DNA of 64,000 nucleotides from a virus, in the IMG/VR virus record IMGVR_UViG_3300035326_000449, positions 4,280 to 68,279 of that record. One strand, given 5' to 3'. The notes beneath the pieces were generated by a model. The model was not told where the DNA came from. It saw only the letters and a list, made by a program, of their open reading frames with translations, and searched no databases. Numbering within the stretch: the first letter of the stretch is position 1; each line of letters starts with the position of its first letter. Positions 17,744-27,384 of this stretch are shown here, one piece after another. The translations under genes were made by a program, and so were the position numbers.

Positions 17744-17851
17744 GGCGAGAGCCGTAATTCGCGTTCGCATTCGAGAAAGCGTTCCTCGAGTTCGCGATGC
17801 CGAGACCGCAATACGAGCCGTTATTCGCATTGCCGCCCCAAAGCACAAGCT
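17744..17851 (-). repeat. DGR template repeat (TR)
   Basis: 108-bp copy of the VR; AAC/AAT-rich (reads LVLWGGNANNGSYCGLGIANSRNAFSNANANYGSR). Confidence 0.95.
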
Positions 17852-17999
17852 CTGTCCCCCTCCACCCACCGTCCGCGAGCCGTTCACGCTGCACGTCCCG
17901 AAAACGAGACCGCTCCGTGATTGCTCTTTCGGACGGATTTGGAAGTTTCTTTCAGAATGTCAAAGTTCTTTTCTTTTGTTCAGCGATGGAGTTGATTAC

Positions 18000-19346
18000 T
18001 TATGCGGCCGCAACGAGCTGTTTGCCGGACATGAACGTGAGCGGGCCGTAATAAGCAAGGCGAGAGCCGAAAGCCGCGTTCGCATACGAGAAAGCGGACC
18101 TCGAGAGCGCGAGGCCGAGACCGCAATACGAGCCGTAAGTCGCACTGCCGCCCCAAAGCACAAGCTGGCCTGTGTTGTTGATATACTCATAGTCACCCCA
18201 ATAGGATGTCGCGCCGCCTCCGATTGCAGAGCCGAATATGTCGAAGTATTCGCCAATAATCATCTTTGAGATATACCCCTCTGAATTAGCCGTAACGGCT
18301 CTTCGGGCGAGCTGACGGTATTTGCCATTGGGGTGGGTGGAAAGTTCAGCCGCTGTCGGCATACGGTTGCCTTCATAGATGAATATTTCCTGACCGGTCT
18401 GAGCTGAATTTTCGGAGTTTCCGCAGTATACTCCCTGAATCATCTCATATTGCCATCCGTAGGGGTCTTCGATTCCGAACAGATTCACACGTGATGAATT
18501 TGTCGTGTGTATGGTGCTGTCGGATGTGTTAACGAGATTTGCGATACTGATTTTGGCGAGAGCGTCACCGAGACTTTTTGTTGCGCCGGTCAGCAATTTT
18601 GAAGCTGCGCTCCACACGTCCTTCCAACCGCCCTCGCCGCCGACACCATTGCCGAGCTGTGTCTGAATGTTCGGGTTTCCGTAGTGTCCGAGTCCGAGCA
18701 TCATCATATAACGGCGATGGTCGTAGTTGGTGAGACCCCAATCTTTGCCGTTCACCTGAGCCGCAGTCCAGAACTGTTCTATCGTTTTGGCACCTGTCGG
18801 GGTGACACCCGAACGAGATACGAGCGTGCTTCCTGACATACTTCCCTTGTATGCCGCGATGCAGATGTATTCATCGTTATGGCAGTCGCCGATATAGTGT
18901 CCGCCGATGGGGAGCTGCGAGAGCCAGAGATAATCTACACCGCTTGCCGCGTCCTGCTTTATTACATAATAGAGACGCGGGCCGATGAACATGACATTCC
19001 CTTTTGATTCATCGAGAGTCGTGCCGTCCGCATATATCGCGGAATTGGTCGGGGACAGCTTTGCCGCGAGTCCCTTGGGGGTAACAAGATAGCGTCCGCA
19101 CATGGACTCATATTCGGCTCTCATACCGGTGTTGCCGATAACACCCCATGCCTGGCTGGTCTGATTCTGTTTGAGTGGCACACCCCATGCGACCTGACGC
19201 AGAAGCATCTCGTCGCCGGTATTGATGACATTCATGAGGTTGTCAAGTGTGATGCGGCGTACAGAGCCGTTGATTTCCATAAACACACAGTTTGATTTGA
19301 GTGCGGAAGTCACAAGTGTTGCTGTTCCTAAATCTTGATTTGCCAT
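18000..19346 (-). CDS. DGR target protein, putative C-type-lectin-fold receptor-binding protein
   Basis: NLFGIEDPYGWQYE and LWGG...FGSRL flank the VR at the C-terminus; in the tail operon. Confidence 0.85.
   Translation of the reverse strand: MANQDLGTATLVTSALKSNCVFMEINGSVRRITLDNLMNVINTGDEMLLRQVAWGVPLKQNQTSQAWGVIGNTGMRAEYESMCGRYLVTPKGLAAKLSPTNSAIYADGTTLDESKGNVMFIGPRLYYVIKQDAASGVDYLWLSQLPIGGHYIGDCHNDEYICIAAYKGSMSGSTLVSRSGVTPTGAKTIEQFWTAAQVNGKDWGLTNYDHRRYMMMLGLGHYGNPNIQTQLGNGVGGEGGWKDVWSAASKLLTGATKSLGDALAKISIANLVNTSDSTIHTTNSSRVNLFGIEDPYGWQYEMIQGVYCGNSENSAQTGQEIFIYEGNRMPTAAELSTHPNGKYRQLARRAVTANSEGYISKMIIGEYFDIFGSAIGGGATSYWGDYEYINNTGQLVLWGGSATYGSYCGLGLALSRSAFSYANAAFGSRLAYYGPLTFMSGKQLVAAA
18059..18166 (-). 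repeat. DGR variable region (VR)
   Basis: 12 mismatches to the TR, all at TR adenines on the coding strand. Confidence 0.95.
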
Positions 19347-19367
19347 ATTTTACTTTGATATTGATTG

Positions 19368-20405
19368 TTAGCTGAATTCTACTTCTGCCACTACCTCGAC
19401 ATCATTTTCTTTGTTGTTTCTGTCTGTCTCGGCAGTGGTTATTGTTATTGAGTCTGTGTTACTGTGCTTGATTGATTTCCATGTGTCCTTATCCATGACA
19501 TCGCACTTCCAGACGGGATTGTTGAGGGTCTGCACTGAGTTGGTGCGTGTGTTCACGACTTTTGCCTTTACCGTGACATTCTGCCCAGGGGCAACCTCTC
19601 TCGCAGTGGAGGTGTAATCAAACACGATGATATGCTCGTCAAGCGAGTCAATGATATAAACCCCTGCCCGTGCAACGGGGGCTGTATCGGAAGCTTTCAG
19701 ATAGAACTCGGCGATAAACAACTGTGTGCCGTTGACATCATCGCGACCGACAGTGACTTGCTTGTTACCATCCATCGATGACCACGCTGTGTCATCTTTG
19801 AACCACTTGACATGATAAGACGTAACAGGGTCTGCTCCTGACTGTAACCCAGTTTTCAAAAGAGATGTGAGATTGTTTGAGTCAAGAGTCTGAGGAGAGG
19901 CTACTATATAGCCATAGAAAGATGAAGCACCCATGTTCTGAATCACCACATCAATGCTCTTGGCGATATTGTAATTAGTACCAGAGAGGGTTGCCACGCA
20001 AGAATATTCAAGCTCACCGTTAGCCACGGCATTAGCATTGGCAAGATTCCCGATAATTTTGAGTGAGCCGCCTTCGTCGCCGGTTGTAAGATTGATCTGA
20101 AACTTTCCCGTGCTGTCAGTCCTCCAATTTCCATCAGAGCTTGTGGCTCCCGTAAAAATAAGTGTCTGCCCGTTCCATTTCCATTGGTGAGATGAACGAA
20201 CGACTGTATTTCCTCTTACTGATGTGACTTTAGGAGTGATTATGGGCTGGTTGGCAGCGACAGTCCAGTCGGGCGACACGCTTCCGGTGGAAGTATCAAC
20301 CCCTTGATAAAGAGGCTTGCCGTTGGTGTCAAACGATACATAAAGGCTGTCACCGTTTCGCAGACGCTTAATCGTAATACTGCCTTGTGCTGAATAATTA
20401 CTCAT
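19368..20405 (-). CDS. Tail/baseplate-associated protein, probably Ig-like domains
   Basis: 345 aa, beta/Thr-rich, inside the virion operon. Confidence 0.55.
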   Translation of the reverse strand: MSNYSAQGSITIKRLRNGDSLYVSFDTNGKPLYQGVDTSTGSVSPDWTVAANQPIITPKVTSVRGNTVVRSSHQWKWNGQTLIFTGATSSDGNWRTDSTGKFQINLTTGDEGGSLKIIGNLANANAVANGELEYSCVATLSGTNYNIAKSIDVVIQNMGASSFYGYIVASPQTLDSNNLTSLLKTGLQSGADPVTSYHVKWFKDDTAWSSMDGNKQVTVGRDDVNGTQLFIAEFYLKASDTAPVARAGVYIIDSLDEHIIVFDYTSTAREVAPGQNVTVKAKVVNTRTNSVQTLNNPVWKCDVMDKDTWKSIKHSNTDSITITTAETDRNNKENDVEVVAEVEFS

Positions 20406-20640
20406 TTTCTGTCTGTTTTATTTGCGTTAATGATTTGCGCCCTTTTATGAAATCAAGCGCCGATACACGGCTTACAATGAAGCCGTCAACCTTGGCAACT
20501 ATATCATGAAGTGCCATGTCAGGGAATTTAAACTTTAATTCATTTTCATTCAAGATGACCTGCCCGTCAATTATTGAGGGCGATGCCGGAATGATGCCAT
20601 TGCCTATGACTGAGCTTCTTGGTGCGATGATATACTTCAT
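20398..20640 (-). CDS. Small virion-operon protein
   Basis: 80-aa ORF coupled to neighbours. Confidence 0.55.
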   Translation of the reverse strand: MKYIIAPRSSVIGNGIIPASPSIIDGQVILNENELKFKFPDMALHDIVAKVDGFIVSRVSALDFIKGRKSLTQIKQTENE

Positions 20641-20643
20641 AAG

Positions 20644-21846
20644 TCAATTAAAAATATAACGATTACCGTTTTTATCAGTCCACACCGTTGTTCCTTCTGT
20701 GGCGGTCTTATGAGCTGGCTTATACACGCATTCGCAATACACGTCACACCAATCGTCCGAATAAGTAGAGCCTATTCCGGTCTTTTCGAGTTGAAAGACA
20801 GTTTCGTCTCCTTCATTATGTTTTACGCCGGTCTTGGAGATTGTGTCAGTGAACCATACTATACGGAATATCATTCCGGGGCATTCAACGATATTGCCGT
20901 CACTGTCAACCATAGCCCTGTCATACCTTTCGGTATCAGACGGGTGTATGGCAGTGCCGTTGGTTGGGATGCATGAATAGTCTTGATAAATGCGGTTGAA
21001 TCCCAATTCTACCATGGCAACCTCCTTATTCGCTACGAAAGCCTTGATAATATAGGATGCCTTTTCTATCAGTCGGACATCAAAAATTACCTTAGTCGTA
21101 GATATTGTGTGGATTTCATCAATCCCTGATGTAAGCAAGGTCAAGCTTGATTGATTCACCACGCGGTAAACACGAAGCGTGTATCCGGATGTCATTTTTG
21201 TTTTGCCGTTGAAAACGGTTACCGGGACTTCATGCAGGTAGGAGCATTTATCTTTAGCTGCATTCTGTGTGGACGAAGATGCGGCGATGAGACCATGCGC
21301 TACTTTGTACTCATATAGTCTGAGCCTATCCTTTAGTGGGTCGTATTGGATGATTGGGCTGTCACCAATTGATATTGAATACCCGTCATTCGCTTTCTCG
21401 GTAGTCGAAAGTGTTATCTTATCAGTTTTAATGGGGATATTCACGCCAAGACGGTTGTCTGCCAGATTTGCTTCAAAATGCAACTCAGCCGCATCTCGGG
21501 GGGATATATTTTTGCTAATTGATATTGCACCACGTGTATCTCCAACTTGGTCTATGCTATATTTGCCGGACCAATCAGCAAGAGTCGCAATATCCTTGCC
21601 ATTGACAAACCAGTGCATGTCGGCAAGAAGAGCATTTGAATATGGATTAGGCCAACTCCCGTCTGTTGCATTGGCAACCACTTCGGGAAGTATGATTGTA
21701 GGAGAAAGTTCGCGGTCAGGCTCATACTCTCCGTTCCCTCCATTATAAATCTGAGTGACAGGAGAGGCGGGAGTTATGCACCGTATGGAATTTGCGACCG
21801 TCAGTGGGGCGAATTCTTTTCTTATTCTTTTCTTATTACTCTGCAT
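20644..21846 (-). CDS. Tail/baseplate-associated protein
   Basis: 400 aa, beta-rich, operon position. Confidence 0.55.
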   Translation of the reverse strand: MQSNKKRIRKEFAPLTVANSIRCITPASPVTQIYNGGNGEYEPDRELSPTIILPEVVANATDGSWPNPYSNALLADMHWFVNGKDIATLADWSGKYSIDQVGDTRGAISISKNISPRDAAELHFEANLADNRLGVNIPIKTDKITLSTTEKANDGYSISIGDSPIIQYDPLKDRLRLYEYKVAHGLIAASSSTQNAAKDKCSYLHEVPVTVFNGKTKMTSGYTLRVYRVVNQSSLTLLTSGIDEIHTISTTKVIFDVRLIEKASYIIKAFVANKEVAMVELGFNRIYQDYSCIPTNGTAIHPSDTERYDRAMVDSDGNIVECPGMIFRIVWFTDTISKTGVKHNEGDETVFQLEKTGIGSTYSDDWCDVYCECVYKPAHKTATEGTTVWTDKNGNRYIFN

Positions 21847-21849
21847 AGT

Positions 21850-23103
21850 TTAGATCGTTAAATTTGCTGTGGCGGCTGGAGAATCTGAAATCTCGGCTAC
21901 AAATGTAAATAGAGTGCTCAACACCAATGAATTGCTACCAAGGTCATTTTCAGCGGGAGTGAAGCATATTTCTAAAGTCCCGTTGAAGTTCTGCACCTTT
22001 GGTTTCAAGGCCCATGAAGCGTCTTCTATGGCGTCTCCTGTGTCACGTGTGACCGTCCATTTCACCACCTTGTCTGTTACGTCTTCCCACCCTCGGTATA
22101 CCCGACAGGTTATCTTCTTCGTCTCTCCATAAGCAAGAAATGTGTCCCCCTCAGTATCTATCTCCATGCGCGGGAACAGAGCCTGCATCTGCTCTATCCG
22201 TCCGGTCATGTATATATTGTTGAGGTAGGCGGAATATCCGGCCATATCCATTCCGAAAGCCGACAGATTGCTCAAATCACCGAACTGGGCAGCTATGTTG
22301 GCGGCAGTGAACTCCCAGTCGTTGACATTCTGCAAGTACCTCTCGTAAGTTCTGGTGGAGTATCTGGATGTCTGCCTGTCCTTGTTGGAGAAGTTGCCAT
22401 ACCCGACAAAGTGCATAGCTTCGGCTGGATGGAAAGTGTGCATCCAATTCTGTGAGACAGGACGAAGGGCATAGCGAAACACTGAGTTGTTACCTTGGTT
22501 AATAATCTCAGTTATTCGGAAGTACACAGAGTAGAAGCCGGCAAATCGAAAATTACCGAGACTATCATCATAGTTTACGGCAGAGTTTACGGATGTCTTG
22601 ACTTCATTGTGGAATATTCCCATACAGATGTCATCGACTTCCACCGTTCCAATCTCTCCGTCTTCAAGATGAAGCGTGACGGTGCCGGTCATTAAGAGGT
22701 TTCCATCACTGTCTTTGTCAGGCACACATTTGAGGACAATGCCACCGCCAGGTGCCCTCCATTTGTTGCCGACCTCAATACTGACACGATTATATCTAAC
22801 TTCCGGAACTTCAAGGAAGCGATGGAGTATGAGGCTTTGTAATTCTCCATTGCCGTATTGGTCAATCTTACCACCTTGCCCCATAATTCCGGGAATGAAA
22901 TTCCCAAACTCCACTCCCTCAAGGAATGTAATAAGCTTCTGGGCTGTGTCGGGATCGATCTTGCTGAGGAAATATTCTTCAAACGCTTCGATAATGTCAT
23001 GAAACATCTTGCCGACACGCTCAGCGGTATTATGCCCCTCAAGCGTCTCATGACGGATTTGAGCGGCATCGCCTAAAAGCTGTTGTTTGTTGATAAGGGG
23101 CAT
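21850..23103 (-). CDS. Tail-associated protein
   Basis: NTAERVG and YFLSKIDPDTAQKLITFLEG segments typical of Bacteroidota phage tail proteins. Confidence 0.55.
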   Translation of the reverse strand: MPLINKQQLLGDAAQIRHETLEGHNTAERVGKMFHDIIEAFEEYFLSKIDPDTAQKLITFLEGVEFGNFIPGIMGQGGKIDQYGNGELQSLILHRFLEVPEVRYNRVSIEVGNKWRAPGGGIVLKCVPDKDSDGNLLMTGTVTLHLEDGEIGTVEVDDICMGIFHNEVKTSVNSAVNYDDSLGNFRFAGFYSVYFRITEIINQGNNSVFRYALRPVSQNWMHTFHPAEAMHFVGYGNFSNKDRQTSRYSTRTYERYLQNVNDWEFTAANIAAQFGDLSNLSAFGMDMAGYSAYLNNIYMTGRIEQMQALFPRMEIDTEGDTFLAYGETKKITCRVYRGWEDVTDKVVKWTVTRDTGDAIEDASWALKPKVQNFNGTLEICFTPAENDLGSNSLVLSTLFTFVAEISDSPAATANLTI

Positions 23104-23114
23104 GATGTTTTGGA

Positions 23115-23627
23115 TTAACCGATTTTACGAATGGTGCATCCCCCGGTGTTGGGACGGCTCTTTTTGACACTTTGAATGAGTCCTTTGGCTCTGCAATACC
23201 GCACACACTCTGTCAGATAGTAGTTGGCAACTTCCAGAGTGTTGTTATAGGCATCGGAACGCTCCTTTGATGAGATATGGCTTGAATAGTCGTCGTCCTT
23301 GATGACTACTCCGAAGCGAGTTGCCTGAATGTCTCCGGACATCAGATTCTGAGCATACACGAAATAGGCGATTGTCGTTTTAAGTCCGGTGAACGAACAG
23401 GGGTTCCCGTCCGTATCCTCATAGGTCCCGCCATTAAGGAGAATCTGATAATCCTCATTGGCATCGTCTTCTTTCAGTAATGCCATAAAAAGGGTTTCTC
23501 CAAGCACCGGCTTGATGTTCATGAATTCTACCTCGGTAATGTAGGCATTGAATTTTGCGTCGTCAATCTTGCCCGACATGGGACGACCTAACGACTGGGC
23601 TTCTTTAGGCGTTATTAGATGTTCCAT
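23115..23627 (-). CDS. Putative head-tail adaptor
   Basis: Helical 170-aa protein overlapping the portal gene end. Confidence 0.5.
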   Translation of the reverse strand: MEHLITPKEAQSLGRPMSGKIDDAKFNAYITEVEFMNIKPVLGETLFMALLKEDDANEDYQILLNGGTYEDTDGNPCSFTGLKTTIAYFVYAQNLMSGDIQATRFGVVIKDDDYSSHISSKERSDAYNNTLEVANYYLTECVRYCRAKGLIQSVKKSRPNTGGCTIRKIG

Positions 23628-24798
23628 TTTCGGAATTGTTTATGTATACAAGAGGTTGAATCTCATAATTGTCACTGGGATTAGCCGGCTCAAACCAATG
23701 GTTGAAGATCTTTTTAAGGAGTCTGGAGATTGCCCTACGCTCATTTCCTACATAGGAATTGTAGTACTCGTAAGCTTCGGATGTAGTCTTGCCACTGAAT
23801 CCCTGCTTGCCAGTTCGGATGCTGTAAAATGGCTCCTGACCGAAAGCGGCATATATCCTCTCAATGGTGCTGGATTCGGTACAGGTAAATTTGTCATCGT
23901 AGTTAGTGCCCTCTACCGGAATGAAAGTCGGCTTATCTTCATCAGATTGCAGGGTGATATCCATAATAGAGCAACAGTTGACATCACCCTGAAATATATC
24001 GATATTCTTGGCGAAGTCATAGGCATCATCATCGTCTTTTGATGTAATGGGTTTCCCATCTTCATCGATATTGATATTGCTGCCTTTCTTGTGGACGAAC
24101 ATACCCGCAAGGAGGAAATTGTTCCTCGTATTGCGGTACTTCACGTTATCCAGACCCTCATCTGTTGAAAGGGCGGTCACAATCTTGTCATATTTCGGTT
24201 TGGGGTACTGAAACCGACCGGACATAGAAAACCACAAGATCTGACCCTTGTAGTGTTCTATGCCACCGGCCGCTTCAATTTGAGCCATGACTACTTTCGG
24301 CTCAGGATTGAAGGGGAAGATCTTTTCAACGTTCTGCTTGTCAACATACACTTTCCTTCCTTTCCTAGTCTTCTGACCGCTCCAGTCGGGGTGAACGTTG
24401 ATATATGCAACACGTCCGCTATCATCTTCTTCTTCAAGACGGCAGTCCTGGAAAGGCACATGCTGGACTTCCACAATCTCACAGGCGAGATTATAGTTCA
24501 CATGCAGGGCTATTCCGTTGAATCGAGCCAGATCCTGAGACATCAGGTGAAGAATGTCATCGACAGTATCACCTCTGCGGTTGCACTCATATTCTGAGAA
24601 ATCCTGATTATCCACACCGTTGCCCTCGATAAAGTTCTGAAAACGCTCAAGGCACGATGAGCCTGTAGCGCTATTATCGACAATATCCAAAATACGCTGA
24701 GGATAAAGGTTGTCCTGTCCGTATGTCTGAATATTGAGGTCGCTCTTATATGAATTTATGAGCCGTTTGGTTGGCCTGACGACACTATTTACATTCAT
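23605..24798 (-). CDS. Putative portal protein
   Basis: YGQDNLYPQ, FIEGNG, DLARFNGIALHVNYN, HVPFQDCR portal-like segments. Confidence 0.7.
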   Translation of the reverse strand: MNVNSVVRPTKRLINSYKSDLNIQTYGQDNLYPQRILDIVDNSATGSSCLERFQNFIEGNGVDNQDFSEYECNRRGDTVDDILHLMSQDLARFNGIALHVNYNLACEIVEVQHVPFQDCRLEEEDDSGRVAYINVHPDWSGQKTRKGRKVYVDKQNVEKIFPFNPEPKVVMAQIEAAGGIEHYKGQILWFSMSGRFQYPKPKYDKIVTALSTDEGLDNVKYRNTRNNFLLAGMFVHKKGSNINIDEDGKPITSKDDDDAYDFAKNIDIFQGDVNCCSIMDITLQSDEDKPTFIPVEGTNYDDKFTCTESSTIERIYAAFGQEPFYSIRTGKQGFSGKTTSEAYEYYNSYVGNERRAISRLLKKIFNHWFEPANPSDNYEIQPLVYINNSENGTSNNA

Positions 24799-24841
24799 TG
24801 AGGAATTGGTTTAAGGAAAAGAATATCTGGGATTCCTTGGA

Positions 24842-25675
24842 TTACTCAGCAGCTGCTTCTCCGTTTTTTAGGCGGGTATTGGCTGATTTGAGCGCGCGGT
24901 TCTCGTTTTTGAGATTCGTGATCTCAGCCTTGAGACTTTCGTTCTCTCCTGCAAGAGTCTCGCTTTCGACACGGAGGTTTTCAAGTTCAAGATTGAGATT
25001 GGCGATATCTTGCGAATTCTCGCCATTTTCCACCATGTCGGCAGATGGCGCCGGCGTTTCAGACTTCATCCTTTCGATTTCGGAAGCAAGTTCGCTGTTC
25101 TTTGCGGTCAGATTCTCATTCTCTTTGGTGAGTTTCACGTTCTTTTCGCAAAGGTCATTATTGGTCTTGATGAGCGAGTCGTTTTTTGCACTGACTTCTG
25201 CCAACTGACTTTCTGCCTTTGTCAGCTTGTCGGTCAATGAGGAAAGTATCTCATTTGATGGAGCTGATTCCTGCTCTGAGATACCTGCTTTTCTGGACGC
25301 GACGCGAGCTTCCCAATCGCTGGGGAGATCCGAGAACATACATTTATTGTCGGAGTTCAAGCCGAGATATTTCTCAGCGATCTCGTCTGTAAGATTAGGA
25401 TTGCTGTATATCGCGGACTTGCCGAAAAACTGAATCACTGCACCAGGTTTCAGCCTATAATTGCATTTCTGAGGCATGGTTTTGTTCTTTTTGAGATAGT
25501 TGTTGATTAAAATGAAAGCATCCCGATAGCAGTCACTACAGCCACGATTGGTGATGTCCCTCCCAAAAATGTTATAGTGGAGTCTATCGAGATACGACCT
25601 GTCAAGAGTTGAAAAGCCGTCGTTGAAACGGCTTTTCATACTCTGAAGGGTAGTCATTACTTCTTTATAATCCAT
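24842..25675 (-). CDS. Hypothetical protein with CxxC and long coiled coil
   Basis: GCSDC; heptad-rich C-terminal half. Confidence 0.7.
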   Translation of the reverse strand: MDYKEVMTTLQSMKSRFNDGFSTLDRSYLDRLHYNIFGRDITNRGCSDCYRDAFILINNYLKKNKTMPQKCNYRLKPGAVIQFFGKSAIYSNPNLTDEIAEKYLGLNSDNKCMFSDLPSDWEARVASRKAGISEQESAPSNEILSSLTDKLTKAESQLAEVSAKNDSLIKTNNDLCEKNVKLTKENENLTAKNSELASEIERMKSETPAPSADMVENGENSQDIANLNLELENLRVESETLAGENESLKAEITNLKNENRALKSANTRLKNGEAAAE

Positions 25676-25686
25676 AGTAGGAATGA

Positions 25687-26280
25687 TTAGCTTCCGGACA
25701 CGAGAGAAGCAAGGGCTGTGCGAGTGGCTGCGAGAGACTCACCGAAAAGGAAGATACCGCTTCGTGGAGCGTTGGTTTCCTCCAGTGTGGCGGCCCAACC
25801 GCCATCGGTCTCTTCCGAATACTTGTCGTCTGTGAGTGTGGATGCCGACATACCCTGTTCGAGACCGTAGATTTCAAACGTGTTCTTTGCACCTGCGCCG
25901 GCGAACTTGTTTTCAAGGACAATCACAAACTGACCGTTTGCGAGCTGGTCGATGATATTGTGGCAGACATCAGGCCCATTATCGAGAATGACGACATTCA
26001 CTGTCTTGGTGAACTTGTTGCGGTAATTACCTTTCACCATCGCCTTGTTTGTCCCTGTATAGGGCTTAGCACCGGGCACATACATACTGTAGGCTTTCTT
26101 CCCTGGCTGGAGGGCAAGCGTCTTGACGATGTTGGGATTGGTCTCGTCATATGTAAGGGCGCTGAAGTCGATGTCGTCAAAGTTCATGATGTAGCCGGTG
26201 TTTTTGAGACCGGCTACTGATGGGTTCTCACATGAAGCACTGAGGTCGGCAGCTAACTTGAAATCACATGATGTTGACAT
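25687..26280 (-). CDS. Putative major tail tube protein
   Basis: 197 aa, beta-rich, follows the capsid gene. Confidence 0.55.
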   Translation of the reverse strand: MSTSCDFKLAADLSASCENPSVAGLKNTGYIMNFDDIDFSALTYDETNPNIVKTLALQPGKKAYSMYVPGAKPYTGTNKAMVKGNYRNKFTKTVNVVILDNGPDVCHNIIDQLANGQFVIVLENKFAGAGAKNTFEIYGLEQGMSASTLTDDKYSEETDGGWAATLEETNAPRSGIFLFGESLAATRTALASLVSGS

Positions 26281-26295
26281 AACTTACCTCCTTCC

Positions 26296-27360
26296 TTACA
26301 TTGCCAAGTGAGTGAGAGCATCCTCACCTACGAGGGTGCCAATATTCGACTGGGCGAAGATATAGTTCATACGGTCAGTGTCATCGAAGTGGACTGAGAG
26401 GTCAGCCACGCGCTGCTTATCGTCTGTGCCGACGAAGAGATTGTTCGGGGTCGAAATGAGGGCACGGTATGGAGCGTTGAGCTTAGTGCCGTCGTTCTCG
26501 AACTTCTTGATAAGGCGATCCCATACATCGAGGATGATAAGGGGATGACCGTCATACTCGGACATCTGGATGCCGGAACAGATTTGAGAGACTTCGAGGT
26601 GAAGGTTCTGGACCTTCTTGACGTCATTGCGGAGCGCTTTGAAAAGGCCGTTGGTCATGTAGATGGCTGCCTGCTCATCATCAAAGATACGGGAGTCGCA
26701 GTCAGACAGCATTTCATCAACGATGCCGATTGCGACACCGGGCACGCGGATAGCTGCCTTCTGAGCGGCATATGTGGATTCTTCGTTTGCGGCAATTGCA
26801 GTGAACTGGCCGGGGTTTGCGGAAGCTATGCCTTTGAGCTGTTTGAACAGACCATCGCACATGTTAAGGAGTTCAAGATCCACGGTCTCGGTAATGATAC
26901 CACCGTTCGTGATATTCTTGGCATCCTTATCTCCGAACCATACGATGCGCCAGAACATTTCAACGATGGCTCTTTCAAGCAACGGCATCAGAACATGATC
27001 CCAATACGGGGTATCAATGAGATTGCCTATTGCGGTTCCGGAGTTCATGCCGTATTTAGCAACTGTGTTTTCCAGTTCATCATAGCAGATCTCAAGAGGA
27101 ATCTGCCAGGGACCGAGAGCCCATTCTTTTTCGGTACCGGTGATTACAGGCTTCTCGTATTTGGGCTTACAACCCTTGCGGTTCTTACCCACATCTCCCA
27201 TGGAGTGAAGGCGACCGAGTTTCTTGCCGTTGACTACGCCTGTTTCCGAGCTAACGACAAGTTCTATGTCGGGGTCGTTGAAAAGGGTGTCGAATAAGAG
27301 TTCGCGAAGATCCCTAATCGCACCGTTGTCAACGGTAAATTGACTAAAAGGAATTGCCAT
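26296..27360 (-). CDS. Putative major capsid protein
   Basis: 354 aa after the prohead protease; WRIVWFGD...CDGLFKQ segment; strong codon bias. Confidence 0.7.
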   Translation of the reverse strand: MAIPFSQFTVDNGAIRDLRELLFDTLFNDPDIELVVSSETGVVNGKKLGRLHSMGDVGKNRKGCKPKYEKPVITGTEKEWALGPWQIPLEICYDELENTVAKYGMNSGTAIGNLIDTPYWDHVLMPLLERAIVEMFWRIVWFGDKDAKNITNGGIITETVDLELLNMCDGLFKQLKGIASANPGQFTAIAANEESTYAAQKAAIRVPGVAIGIVDEMLSDCDSRIFDDEQAAIYMTNGLFKALRNDVKKVQNLHLEVSQICSGIQMSEYDGHPLIILDVWDRLIKKFENDGTKLNAPYRALISTPNNLFVGTDDKQRVADLSVHFDDTDRMNYIFAQSNIGTLVGEDALTHLAM

Positions 27361-27384
27361 AATAAATTTGAATTTAATGGTTGA

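Noticed and set aside
17575-18269. ORFs overlapping TR/VR (17575-17811 minus, 17688-18269 plus) as avd or repeat proteins
   Set aside because: Their repeats simply reflect the TR/VR duplication and none resembles the helical Avd protein.
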